DNA of 52,782 nt, taken from IMG/VR virus record IMGVR_UViG_3300025154_000134, positions 1 to 52,782 of that record. One strand, 5' to 3'. The position numbers and the translations under genes are program-made. The DNA is from a virus (taxonomy: Duplodnaviria; Caudoviricetes). Within the stretch, counting starts at the first letter, position 1; every line of letters starts with the position of its first letter. Shown piece after piece: positions 39,894-48,435 of this stretch. The notes beneath the pieces are model-generated. The model ran no database searches, was not told the origin of the DNA, and worked only from the letters and a program-made list of their open reading frames with translations.

Positions 39894-40118
39894 TCAATGT
39901 CTGTCATGCGTCCACCTCTCGATGGCTTCGGCCAGGTCCAGGTTCAACGCGCGAGCGGCAGCTTGTACCAAGTCTTCGAGCCGCGTCAGTTCGGAGAGGA
40001 TCGCTTGTGATTCCTCTGGCGACAGATTGGCATAGATGGTGTCTACATCGCCAACCATTGATGCTGAAATGCGCAGTGTTGAGCGTGCTGATTTCAGGTA
40101 TGCTTCGTGTGCAGTCAT
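39894..40118 (-). CDS. Hypothetical protein
   Basis: Coupled to the upstream ORF. Confidence 0.5.
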   Translation of the reverse strand: MTAHEAYLKSARSTLRISASMVGDVDTIYANLSPEESQAILSELTRLEDLVQAAARALNLDLAEAIERWTHDRH

Positions 40119-40509
40119 CCCTCACCGTCCGTGTCATCGCCGCACGTGCATTCCGCGAGTGTCTTCCCACAGTCGGGGCAGGTGAGCACCGCGAGCAAGT
40201 CGGGCGAGAATTGCAACTCGCCGCCCCCCATGAACGGGATGCCGTCGTACTCATTCATGGATACGATCTGCTCTCGCAGCCGCGCATTCTCCGCCAGCAG
40301 CGCGGGTATGTCGGTACGGGCGGCGGCGATGAACTCGGCGTTCTGCTCCCCCGCTGCCATCCAGGGGCGCACCGAGCAAACATCTATCGGATGCGTCTCT
40401 GAGATCACCAACCTGTGATCGGGGTGCGCTTCGTCTATTCGTACATACCACGGCCCCGGCGTTGCGCCTCACACCGCGCTTTGATCGCGTCAAGCTCCTG
40501 TTGGTTCAT
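40115..40509 (-). pseudogene. Ead/Ea22-like protein with a 1-bp frameshift near 40465
   Basis: MNQQELDAIKARCEA | TPGPW...NAEFIAAARTDIPALL; the intact paralog at 42349-42783 has one extra base at this position. Confidence 0.8.
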
Positions 40510-40558
40510 TGGTGTCTTCCTCCATATATTCGTACTGGTTATCGGCGGCGGTTGCGGG

Positions 40559-40779
40559 CTAGACTTCGAACAGTCGCGGTTGTTTTTCCTCACACTTGCA
40601 CGATCCGAAATCTTCCATGGCCCGTTCGCTGGCTACGCGCTCAATTGTCAAGCCGTCGCGTATCCACTTGGAGACCTCACGGCTTACCGTGTCCCTGCGC
40701 TTTGGGTTTCGATGATCGCGCCAACCACCACACCACACGAACACCGGGCAATATAGGACATTGCATAATCGTTTTCCAT
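40559..40779 (-). pseudogene. Small hypothetical protein with a probable frameshift near 40708
   Basis: GGAGG and ATG 40779 give MENDYAMSYIARCSCGVVVGAII; NPKRRDTVSREVSKWIRDGLTIERV continues in the adjacent frame. Confidence 0.5.
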
Positions 40780-40996
40780 CGTTTCATCCTCCATCTAGGG
40801 GCGACTCGCGCTGCCCCGCTAGTGTAGTACACTCTAGCTACGGGGGCGGGTGTCGTCAAGGATGGCCCGCCCTCGTGCTGTGTGGCCCGCAGGCCCGTAT
40901 GCTCAGACTTGCGGGTCTACGCCGCGTCACTGTTCCACGCGGCCATCACGGCCAGCGCGCACAGCGCCACGAACACCACGGCGATCACCGCCAGCG

Positions 40997-41116
40997 TTAG
41001 CAGTCATACCTGCCTTTTCTTTCATGATCCTCCATAATGAGCGTCACTATATACACAAGCGTGCCAAAAAAGATACCGAAGCCGCAAAACGGCATCACCA
41101 ACTCAGTCAGAGTCAT
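40997..41116 (-). CDS. Small membrane protein
   Basis: 39-aa hydrophobic ORF with ATGA overlap. Confidence 0.4.
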   Translation of the reverse strand: MTLTELVMPFCGFGIFFGTLVYIVTLIMEDHERKGRYDC

Positions 41117-41415
41117 GACCGCACCGTCCTGCGATAGCGCCGCTCCCTGCACGCTTTGGAGGCCAACTCATACGCCAGCCTCACCCGGTCCCGATAGGCT
41201 ACCCGCGACCAGTCACGGTGGCTATTACGCATCAGGGTCACGGTGTGAGGCTGCACGTACCGGGTTTCATAGTCCTCGAAAAACACTTCGATCATACCCT
41301 CGCGGACCGTCAACACGTAACCAAGACTGCCAGCATGCAGGGGTATTATGCCGTGCAGACTGTACAGCGGGATGGTCGTGCGAATGGTCGCGCCGGGGCG
41401 GAGGTCAGCGGTCAT
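41113..41415 (-). CDS. Hypothetical protein
   Basis: ATGA overlaps. Confidence 0.55.
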   Translation of the reverse strand: MTADLRPGATIRTTIPLYSLHGIIPLHAGSLGYVLTVREGMIEVFFEDYETRYVQPHTVTLMRNSHRDWSRVAYRDRVRLAYELASKACRERRYRRTVRS

Positions 41416-41714
41416 GACGCGCCCTCGGTCCCGCTGAAATCACTCAGCGTGGCATTAGGCACCGTGATGTCACTCCCAGCGAAATCCTCTACCTGGTGCG
41501 AAAAGGTGAACATTGCATCGAAGGCTCCCCATTCTTCCATAGGCGGGGCGGCTACCGGCTCTCCGGCGTCGTGCGCGGTCGTGCCGTTGCGCGAGTCCTC
41601 GAAGACAGCCCATGCCTCATTCCAGCATGTCTGACATAGCGGGTTGTGCGGCAACGCAAAACGCCCGCACCCCTTGGTTGCACACTTCTGCGGACGGTTT
41701 CTATTCACTGACAT
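41412..41714 (-). CDS. Hypothetical Zn-finger protein
   Basis: CATKGC...CQTC; GAGGAG RBS. Confidence 0.6.
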   Translation of the reverse strand: MSVNRNRPQKCATKGCGRFALPHNPLCQTCWNEAWAVFEDSRNGTTAHDAGEPVAAPPMEEWGAFDAMFTFSHQVEDFAGSDITVPNATLSDFSGTEGAS

Positions 41715-41802
41715 TCTGTAAACTCTCCTCAGACACTAAGTGGTCAAAAATCGGACAATCGACGCGGCGCACAAACACCGCGCTTTGTTTGATTAGATGC
41801 GA

Positions 41803-42126
41803 TTACACGGCATATACCATGTAACCCACCAAGAGAATAAATCCCCACCGAACCGGAACTTTTATCGTCACTTCCAACATGGCACTCCACCACGGTTCTG
41901 ACTTATCATGTGTGTTTGTTTCTGGTGTTGGCTGAAGCGCTGTCGCAACAAGCGCGATCCCGATGGCGGAGCGGATATTTAAAATCGGTGCGGAAAACGT
42001 AGGGACAATAAACCATCCCCATAATTCTTTGATTACGTATCCCTCAAGGATGACACCGAATACAATCAGCAGTACGAACCAGACTAAGGCCAATACGCAC
42101 CCTTCACTAGACATTTTCTTATTCAT
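41803..42126 (-). CDS. Membrane protein
   Basis: Three hydrophobic segments; LWGWFIVP motif. Confidence 0.7.
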   Translation of the reverse strand: MNKKMSSEGCVLALVWFVLLIVFGVILEGYVIKELWGWFIVPTFSAPILNIRSAIGIALVATALQPTPETNTHDKSEPWWSAMLEVTIKVPVRWGFILLVGYMVYAV

Positions 42127-42169
42127 GACACTCTCTCCGTTTTCACTCGATTCAGACGAATAGTGTTCG

Positions 42170-42345
42170 ACGCGGCGGGCTGGGCTGTAACGTGCCGGGG
42201 TGCGAGTCCCGGTCGGACAAAAACAAGAGCTTGTCCGTGTCTCTAACGTGTGACATAAACCCCGCCCGCGTTGCCGTCTACTCGTGCTCGGACTGGGCGA
42301 CCTCTACGCGCGGCGCTTGCGTAGGGGGCGGCGCTGCTGCGGTTG
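42170..42345. ncRNA. Candidate structured intergenic RNA
   Basis: GCGGGC/GCCCGC closing stem around CCGGG/CCCGG, CGGACAA/TTGTCCG and GTGTC/GACAT hairpins. Confidence 0.4.
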
Positions 42346-42348
42346 CGG

Positions 42349-42783
42349 TCATTTTATGAATCCCTTTTCTGCCATCAGCGCCCGCAGGTTTAGTATTTCC
42401 TTCTTGATTTCCTCTTGTTGCTCGATATATTTTATTTGGCTTCCAATCCATTGAAGCCGCGTTGCCGCCTCTTCCTGAATGGCTTCATCGCGCGCTTGGG
42501 ATACACGCTCAAGCTCCGCCGTTAGCGCGGCGATGTGGTCGAGCAGCACAGGGATGTCCGTGCGGGCGGCGGCGATAAACTCGGCGTCAGGTTTGCTATC
42601 CAGTGCATCACTTATATTGCTCATTGACCAGCTTGGGCCGTCAATCTGATACACTGGATCGCGCTCAGCGTCTCCCCAATTGACCCACAAATTCCATTCT
42701 TCAAACTTCCACGGTCCCGGCGTTGCCGCCTCACACCGTGCTCTGATTTCGTCAAGCTCCTGGTTATCCATCGGCGCGCTCAA
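42349..42783 (-). CDS. Ead/Ea22-like protein
   Basis: ELDEIRARCEAATPGPW...DAEFIAAARTDIPVLL. Confidence 0.75.
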   Translation of the reverse strand: MSAPMDNQELDEIRARCEAATPGPWKFEEWNLWVNWGDAERDPVYQIDGPSWSMSNISDALDSKPDAEFIAAARTDIPVLLDHIAALTAELERVSQARDEAIQEEAATRLQWIGSQIKYIEQQEEIKKEILNLRALMAEKGFIK

Positions 42784-43235
42784 CAGTGCCCGCAGTTGGC
42801 GGGCGTGTCGTAGTCGGGCGGTAGGGGGGCGGGGGCGGCGGGCACGATGGCGTGCAGTGCATCAAGAATATCTACCGCTGCTTGCCGTCTTCCGGCCTGG
42901 TAGCCTCTACCCTGCGGACTAAGTGGCTGTGCTTTTTCATCAACGCCACACTGGGCAGCCCAGTTGATCATGTACTGACATTCCTGCCTAACAGTAGCAA
43001 GCATCCCCTGCAACCGGATGCACTCGGCTTCCAGCGCAGTGGTCGTTTCTTGTGCCGCATGAACCATCCCGCGCATGGTTTGAACGTCACCGCGCACGGC
43101 GTCCACATATCCTTCTGGCCCCACTTCGCCGTAGGTTAAGGTCGAATAGCACTCGCCTGCGGGAAGCGTTATCTGGTACACATCCAGTATCCATTGCACA
43201 TCGTTCAAAAAGGCAAGCAGTCTGTGTTTCATCAC
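42780..43235 (-). CDS. Hypothetical protein
   Basis: GGAGG RBS; coupled ORF. Confidence 0.6.
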   Translation of the reverse strand: MMKHRLLAFLNDVQWILDVYQITLPAGECYSTLTYGEVGPEGYVDAVRGDVQTMRGMVHAAQETTTALEAECIRLQGMLATVRQECQYMINWAAQCGVDEKAQPLSPQGRGYQAGRRQAAVDILDALHAIVPAAPAPLPPDYDTPANCGHC

Positions 43236-43279
43236 ATCATCCTCCTGGGCGGCGCGTGGCCGCCCTCGTGTCTGCGTCG

Positions 43280-43738
43280 TTAGTCGGGATCAAGCCACGC
43301 GCTGAGGTCAGTCGGGATCGTCGCGCTCGGTTCCAGCACAATATCGCCGGGCATAAACGGATCGCGCCCGTCACTCTTGAGCACCTTTTCATACGCTTTG
43401 GCGTCAAGCGTGATCAGGTCGGGGCGTTTTTCTTCCGCCCACACCCGCGCCGCCGCAAGGTCGTATTGCGCGCGCTTATTCTCACGGATACCCACGCCGC
43501 CGCCGAGCTTCTTTTGCCCGGTCGCCAGAAATTCAGCGATGGCCTGCGCTCGAATGGCGGATTCGAGCTGTTTCAGGTCTTCGGCGCGAGTGGCAACCAC
43601 AGCAATCAGTTCAGCGTTCTCTCCTTCGAAGCAGGCGCGGCGGTCGTTCAAAACGCCCTGCGTGGCTTCGTATATCGCGCGGCTGAACGCATACTGGCGT
43701 ACTTTGGTTTCCAGGTCGGTTTGTTTAATTTCGTTCAT
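43280..43738 (-). CDS. Gam/Gp157-like coiled-coil protein
   Basis: Coiled coil followed by GVGIRE..Y....A..WA...LD.KAYEK; next to the recombinase. Confidence 0.55.
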   Translation of the reverse strand: MNEIKQTDLETKVRQYAFSRAIYEATQGVLNDRRACFEGENAELIAVVATRAEDLKQLESAIRAQAIAEFLATGQKKLGGGVGIRENKRAQYDLAAARVWAEEKRPDLITLDAKAYEKVLKSDGRDPFMPGDIVLEPSATIPTDLSAWLDPD

Positions 43739-43797
43739 TGTTTCTCCCTCATTCCTCATTCTCTGCGTGATGGATGCGTAGCCCCGGCCCCGTGCGT

Positions 43798-45297
43798 CTA
43801 CAGGTCCAGCGCCCCGGCGGGATCGCTGGCGTCGAACATCTCGGCGGGCTGTTCCGTGCCGAGGCGTTGCACCTTCGCTGCGCAATCATCGCACAACCGC
43901 GAGTCCACCGGGTTGATCGTGCGCTGGCCGCCGCACTCAACACATTCCTGAGCCAGCGTGTCAACCATGAGCCAAAACACGGTCTCGTCTTGCACGTCTG
44001 TCAGGTGTTCCACGCCCAACCGCGCCTTGAGTGTTTCATACGACACGGCTACTTCCTTCAACTTTGCGTGGATTTTCCTGCGTTCCTTGTCAACGACGGT
44101 CGCTCCCCACGGAGCAGGGGCAGGGGCGGTGTCAATAACTTCGCCGTCTTCGGTGATGGCAACGTCGGGAGCGTTGTTGAACTGGTTCAGGAGCGCGATC
44201 TGCTCGACCACGATCTTGAATTCGTCAGGGGTAATGGACGTTCGCCGCCAGTCGGTGATCATCAGGCGGTTATTTATCTGATCGTCCGTGACGCCCAACT
44301 CCGCGCGGTAGGACTCGGCGCGTTTGATCGCATCAGGCGTGAGCCACTCGGCAGGTTCTGCGGGTGAAGATTGCCCGTTGATAATCATGGGCGGCGTGTC
44401 GCCTTCAAAGACGTATTCGCCCTCTACCACGTCACCGCCCACGATGTGGGGCAGGTTGATCGTGAGGTCTGCGAATTTGTAGTACAGGTCGCGCCGGGCG
44501 CGTTTCTCCGCTACCCATGCCCCATCTCGCCCGTTGGGGATGTCGTTGGCGATGCGCTTGACCGGGTGTTTGCCGTTCACCTTCGGGGCGTCCCAGTCTA
44601 CGCCGTCTTTCATCGCTGCCCACCAACCAAACCCGGTTTTGGGTTCATAGCCGATTCCGGCGGCGCGACACTTTATCGCCTGGTCCAATTCGTGGCCTTC
44701 GACCACGTAAGCAATGGAACCGTCTTCGATATCCTGATCCGAAATTCCGCGCGCTTTCATTTCATCCACCGTGAGGCGGCGAACCTTTTCCATCAGCGGT
44801 TTGGAGCGGATGATCAGCGCCTTGTAATCGGGCATAACTGTGAGGATTTCTTTTTCTTCCCATTGCCCGGTCACATCGTTTTTGGTTTTCTTTTTGTTGA
44901 TCCAGGCGTGCAGGTAAAACTCTGGCGTCAACCCGGTCAGCAATCCAACCATCGCCACATAGCGTTGGTGCGCCGGTTTCAGCCCGTCAAACTTTGGGCA
45001 GAGCGCGACCTGCATCGTCATCTCTTGCAAGACCTGCTCATTACCGTACAGGGACACGCGGCGATCAATCGTCGCCACTTCATTCCGTTGCCGTGCGGTT
45101 GCCATAATACTGCTCTCCATATCCGCTAATTTGGTTTTCAATTGGTTGAGTTCTGACTCATACTCGTGTCGCATTTTGAGCGCCCACACGGGCCACTCGG
45201 CGGGCGGTTGGTCGTCGCGCCGTGGCGTTGCGGTTGTGGTCACGCTTCCGGGGCCGCTAATGCGGCGGCTCTCGCGGGGTGTCTGCTCAAGTGCCAT
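43798..45297 (-). CDS. Putative single-strand annealing recombinase (RecT/Red-beta-like) with C-terminal Zn ribbon
   Basis: GLTP, DYKALI, VAEKRARRDL.YKF resemble the family core; CVEC..CDDC. Confidence 0.55.
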   Translation of the reverse strand: MALEQTPRESRRISGPGSVTTTATPRRDDQPPAEWPVWALKMRHEYESELNQLKTKLADMESSIMATARQRNEVATIDRRVSLYGNEQVLQEMTMQVALCPKFDGLKPAHQRYVAMVGLLTGLTPEFYLHAWINKKKTKNDVTGQWEEKEILTVMPDYKALIIRSKPLMEKVRRLTVDEMKARGISDQDIEDGSIAYVVEGHELDQAIKCRAAGIGYEPKTGFGWWAAMKDGVDWDAPKVNGKHPVKRIANDIPNGRDGAWVAEKRARRDLYYKFADLTINLPHIVGGDVVEGEYVFEGDTPPMIINGQSSPAEPAEWLTPDAIKRAESYRAELGVTDDQINNRLMITDWRRTSITPDEFKIVVEQIALLNQFNNAPDVAITEDGEVIDTAPAPAPWGATVVDKERRKIHAKLKEVAVSYETLKARLGVEHLTDVQDETVFWLMVDTLAQECVECGGQRTINPVDSRLCDDCAAKVQRLGTEQPAEMFDASDPAGALDL

Positions 45298-45305
45298 GAC
45301 TTACC

Positions 45306-45563
45306 TCACTTGTCTCTATGGCCGTTGAGGGCCATGTATCGGTCATAGGGCGTTTGCCGTGCGCGTGGTGTGCTACTCATCAGCGCCCAGTGATCCACGG
45401 CGTGTTTATAGCATCGGACACCGGCGCGGCGCTTGGCCTCACGGAACGCAGCAGCTTTGGACATCCCGCCGCCTTCGAACCAAACCCCGCCAATCGTGAT
45501 CGCCACGCGGTGCGACTGATAGCCGAAGGCGGTTGTCTGGATGGTGCCCCATCGCCCCGTCAT
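45306..45563 (-). CDS. Hypothetical protein
   Basis: ATGA overlap. Confidence 0.5.
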   Translation of the reverse strand: MTGRWGTIQTTAFGYQSHRVAITIGGVWFEGGGMSKAAAFREAKRRAGVRCYKHAVDHWALMSSTPRARQTPYDRYMALNGHRDK

Positions 45564-45799
45564 ATCTGCCACCCTTGGAGCAGGCCCAGGCTCCTGCACA
45601 TCACGGCCCCATTCAGCGCAGCAGTCAACCACGCTTCCAGGTCGCCGTCGCGGGCGTGGGTGACGGCGTTCGTCGGGCGCGTGTTGCCGCGCTCCTGCAA
45701 ACGCACGGTATCGGTGTCCCAATCCATCACGACTCCGCACTCCGAAAACGCGGCGCGCATTTGTTGAAGGTCAGCGGTACAAAGTTCATTGGCGTCCAT
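45560..45799 (-). CDS. Hypothetical protein
   Basis: AGGAG RBS. Confidence 0.55.
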   Translation of the reverse strand: MDANELCTADLQQMRAAFSECGVVMDWDTDTVRLQERGNTRPTNAVTHARDGDLEAWLTAALNGAVMCRSLGLLQGWQI

Positions 45800-45824
45800 A
45801 ATATAGTCTCCTAGTTATCAAAAT

Positions 45825-46061
45825 TCAGAACGGGGCGGGGGCGTCATACACCGGCACCAACGCCGGGTCGTCGGATAGGCGGTCGGGTACGTCTTCGGTC
45901 GCTGTGACCGCGCTGACCACTGGGGCCGCCTTCTGTGCCAGGGCGTGCAGCCGATGGTACAGCAGGCACGCGCCGGGTGTGTTGGGGCCGCGCTGCATGA
46001 CCTGCCGGGCGAGCGTGATCAGGCGGGCGAGCTCATCAGCGTCGATGGTGATGTGGCTCAC
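45825..46061 (-). CDS. Hypothetical protein
   Basis: GGAGG RBS; GTGA overlap. Confidence 0.55.
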   Translation of the reverse strand: MSHITIDADELARLITLARQVMQRGPNTPGACLLYHRLHALAQKAAPVVSAVTATEDVPDRLSDDPALVPVYDAPAPF

Positions 46062-46498
46062 GCTTCCACCTCCACAAACTCGCCGCCGCGCACGTCGTGC
46101 AGTTGCGCGGAGTAGTCGGCGTACAGCGGGGCGCGTTTGGCTTCGTAGTCGGCGTCCAGCGTGTCGCGTTTGGCTTCGTAGTCGGCGTCCAGCGTGTCGC
46201 GTGCGGACTGCCACGCCTCGATGATTGGCCCGGCCTGCTGCGCGACTTCGCGCACACGGTTGTCAATCGTCTCGCGCAGGCGTTCAGCCCACGCGGGGAT
46301 GGCCATCTGGTCGAGCGTTACCGCCTCATACGGAGGCTTACACTCGGTGCGCAGCCAGTGCGCCAGGGCGGGATCGCCTTGGTCGTCAAGGCTCAGTGCG
46401 GCAATAAGCGGCTCGTGGTGCATCGTCAGACCGTGATACACCGTGATTTCGTCGGTCAGCGGGTCATGCTGTACAGTACTTGAATGATTGTTGCACAT
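46058..46498 (-). CDS. Hypothetical protein with 11-aa repeats
   Basis: RDTLDADYEAK twice, then RAPLYADYSAQ; AGGAG RBS. Confidence 0.7.
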   Translation of the reverse strand: MCNNHSSTVQHDPLTDEITVYHGLTMHHEPLIAALSLDDQGDPALAHWLRTECKPPYEAVTLDQMAIPAWAERLRETIDNRVREVAQQAGPIIEAWQSARDTLDADYEAKRDTLDADYEAKRAPLYADYSAQLHDVRGGEFVEVEA

Positions 46499-46549
46499 CT
46501 CTCATGTCTCCTGTGCCCCCAACGGGGCTATTATTTTACGCGGTCAGAA

Positions 46550-46828
46550 TTACGCGATCACGACCGGCACCAACGTCGCCAACAGCGCGATCACCATCAC
46601 CGTCCACCGCAGCAGCCATTCGCCGCGCTTGACGCCCGCTGATGGTACGTAGTGTAGTACCAGCGCGTTATGATCGTGCGCCCACTCTGCGAGCGTGGCC
46701 TGTTCATTGCGCGTGAGCGTGCAGTCCGGCGAGCGCAGCCACGCGTCGAGCGCGGCGGTGTCGATGCCGTCGGTGACGGGGTCACGAAACGGGGTCAGGG
46801 TGATCTCTGCGTAGCGGGTGTTAAACAT
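46550..46828 (-). CDS. Hypothetical protein with C-terminal TM segment
   Basis: GGAGG RBS; first gene after the leftward promoter. Confidence 0.6.
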   Translation of the reverse strand: MFNTRYAEITLTPFRDPVTDGIDTAALDAWLRSPDCTLTRNEQATLAEWAHDHNALVLHYVPSAGVKRGEWLLRWTVMVIALLATLVPVVIA

Positions 46829-46882
46829 GGTGCGTGCCTCCTGCCCCGGCGACGGGGCTGATGCTCTCAACTCTATGCCTTT

Positions 46883-46911
46883 ATTATAAACCCTATCTAG
46901 CAAGATGTCAA
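46883..46911 (-). promoter_or_regulatory. Consensus sigma70 promoter of the leftward early operon
   Basis: TTGACA-17 bp-TATAAT on the minus strand. Confidence 0.88.
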
Positions 46912-46935
46912 TAGGCAAACTTGCCATACTGCCCC

Positions 46936-47358
46936 CTAATTGTTAGGGTATCGACTTCGCAGCAGTTGCATTCCCTGAGATCTGCCATAATTTTTGCTGT
47001 TCGCTATGTACTTGTCATTCCGTAGAGGTGCACCGTGGTTGTGCAGTTTCACAATCCAGAATCGTTCTCGCTGGTGGGCCTGTTGGTATGGCACTGTCTC
47101 AATAACAACTAACACTGGCCGCAGCCTCGCTTCTAATAATTCGCGTATCCACAGCGCCAGCTTTGGGCTTGCAACATACGGTTTTTTAACGCACATGTGG
47201 CTTATCATCCGCCCCTTGGGATTAATAGTAACCCCCACATAACAAATTCTGCTGTCGCGCGGATCGACCAATGCATAGATAGTATGAGGTTTTGTCAGCA
47301 GGTTGTGCCGTCGGGTGTCAATTCCTTGTTGTATTGACGCGCTTGATCTTGTAGTCAT
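46936..47358 (-). CDS. GIY-YIG endonuclease
   Basis: TIYALVDPRD...YVGVT..PKGR...H; ERFWI...LRN. Confidence 0.85.
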   Translation of the reverse strand: MTTRSSASIQQGIDTRRHNLLTKPHTIYALVDPRDSRICYVGVTINPKGRMISHMCVKKPYVASPKLALWIRELLEARLRPVLVVIETVPYQQAHQRERFWIVKLHNHGAPLRNDKYIANSKNYGRSQGMQLLRSRYPNN

Positions 47359-47384
47359 TTCTCATTTCCTTTATGATTTGTCTT

Positions 47385-47413
47385 ATTTTATCACCAAACA
47401 AGCAAGATGGCAA
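47385..47413 (-). promoter_or_regulatory. Sigma70 promoter for the GIY-YIG gene
   Basis: TTGCCA-17 bp-TAAAAT on the minus strand. Confidence 0.65.
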
Positions 47414-47430
47414 ACAGACACGACGGCGTA

Positions 47431-47459
47431 TTGACAATCAGAACGGGATAGTTTAAAAT
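47431..47459 (+). promoter_or_regulatory. Rightward sigma70 promoter
   Basis: TTGACA-17 bp-TAAAAT. Confidence 0.8.
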
Positions 47460-47486
47460 TGTTTACAGGTAGAAAGGAGACGCCAC

Positions 47487-47741
47487 ATGGGCGATGAATT
47501 GAGTTTTCGCGTTAGTTTCAGGCTCAATGGAAAGGCTGCACGAGCGTTCCTTGAGGAACAAAGCCGTATCTTGCGCCTGACAGGTTCAGCAGTACAGTCA
47601 GCCAAATCAACCCTCGGTGAAGCGGCTGCAATTGAATTTCTCAACAGGCGCGGTTATGACGTGCCGAAGTCCAGTACGAACTGGGGCGGTCGCCGCGAGG
47701 AACCCGAAACCGTCACCGTTCAGCAGGAGGTGCAGGCATGA
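47487..47741 (+). CDS. Small putative DNA-binding regulator
   Basis: AAGGAG RBS; first gene after the rightward promoter; beta strand followed by two helices. Confidence 0.55.
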   Translation: MGDELSFRVSFRLNGKAARAFLEEQSRILRLTGSAVQSAKSTLGEAAAIEFLNRRGYDVPKSSTNWGGRREEPETVTVQQEVQA

Positions 47742-47881
47742 AGCACATCGTTCCGCTCGTGATCGTGGTCGTCATGGCACTCGCCCCCGTGCGCGCGCCC
47801 AAGTCGCTGCCACCCGGCCCGCCCGACAGTGGCTGCGGCGGCATGGTTGACACGCCCGCGTGCGGGTACGCGGGGCCGTAA
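47738..47881 (+). CDS. 47-aa putative exported peptide
   Basis: GGAGG RBS, ATGA overlap, MKHIVPLVIVVVMALA signal-like N-terminus. Confidence 0.5.
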   Translation: MKHIVPLVIVVVMALAPVRAPKSLPPGPPDSGCGGMVDTPACGYAGP

Positions 47882-47889
47882 ATTGACAT

Positions 47890-48032
47890 GCCCCCTGGCC
47901 CTGGCGGGTGTCCGCGTCAGAACACTGTCGGGCGGTTCGTGGTCTGCGCCGATGAGCCTGGCGAGTACGGACCAAAATAACGGACGGCTCCACGATACGC
48001 CGTCCGAGCGGGTTCGATCCCCGCAGGGGGCA
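47890..48032 (+). ncRNA. Oversized tRNA-like RNA 1 (143 nt)
   Basis: Perfect acceptor stem GCCCCCT/AGGGGGC plus A; perfect T-arm GCGGG-TTCGATC-CCCGC; interior of about 110 nt with several hairpins. Confidence 0.6.
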
Positions 48033-48146
48033 GCATACCAGTAGGGGGTGCGGTGACGAAAAGAGGATTAAGCCCGCACACACGATAGGCCCTTCACTCC
48101 CAGGAGTGGTCCCGTCCTGGCACAAAATGAGAGAAACGGGACACAT

Positions 48147-48289
48147 GGATCGGCGGCGTGGTGGGAACACGCGCAGCAAGTTAACCGCTTGCGAATTCGG
48201 TAGCTCAGCGGATAGAGCAGGGAATCGCAGACCCGAATGGTAATCGGGCAGTCGTTTCCACGCGCGGGTTCGACTCCGGCCCCGATCCA
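48147..48289 (+). ncRNA. Oversized tRNA-like RNA 2 (143 nt)
   Basis: Acceptor stem GGATCGG/CCGATCC plus A; D-arm GCGT..GG..ACGC; GGTTCGACTCC T-loop; second D-arm-like TAGCTCAGCGGATAGAGCA inside. Confidence 0.55.
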
Positions 48290-48435
48290 CAGTGCTATCG
48301 CCGGGGCGTGGTGGGACCGGCAGCCGACTAGGATCGCAACCTGGCCGAGGAATGTGGGAAGCTGCTCGCGATAGCACACCCCGCGCCGCAGGGGGCATCT
48401 GCGGCACACACTCAGGAGAGGGAGAGGGTACAGAA

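Noticed and set aside
46101-46202. 33-bp tandem repeat as an RNA array
   Set aside because: In-frame 11-aa coding repeat with no variable spacers
48193-48289. Canonical tRNA-Cys(GCA)
   Set aside because: The acceptor stem pairs poorly in this register, position 33 is not U and the anticodon loop is about 30 nt; kept only as a tRNA-like RNA
48293-48300. Self-targets of the guides (TGCTATCG here; also TCTGAATGA at 39559 and ACCCGAAT at 48231)
   Set aside because: Only single half-sites match and the adjacent partner half-site is absent; expected by chance
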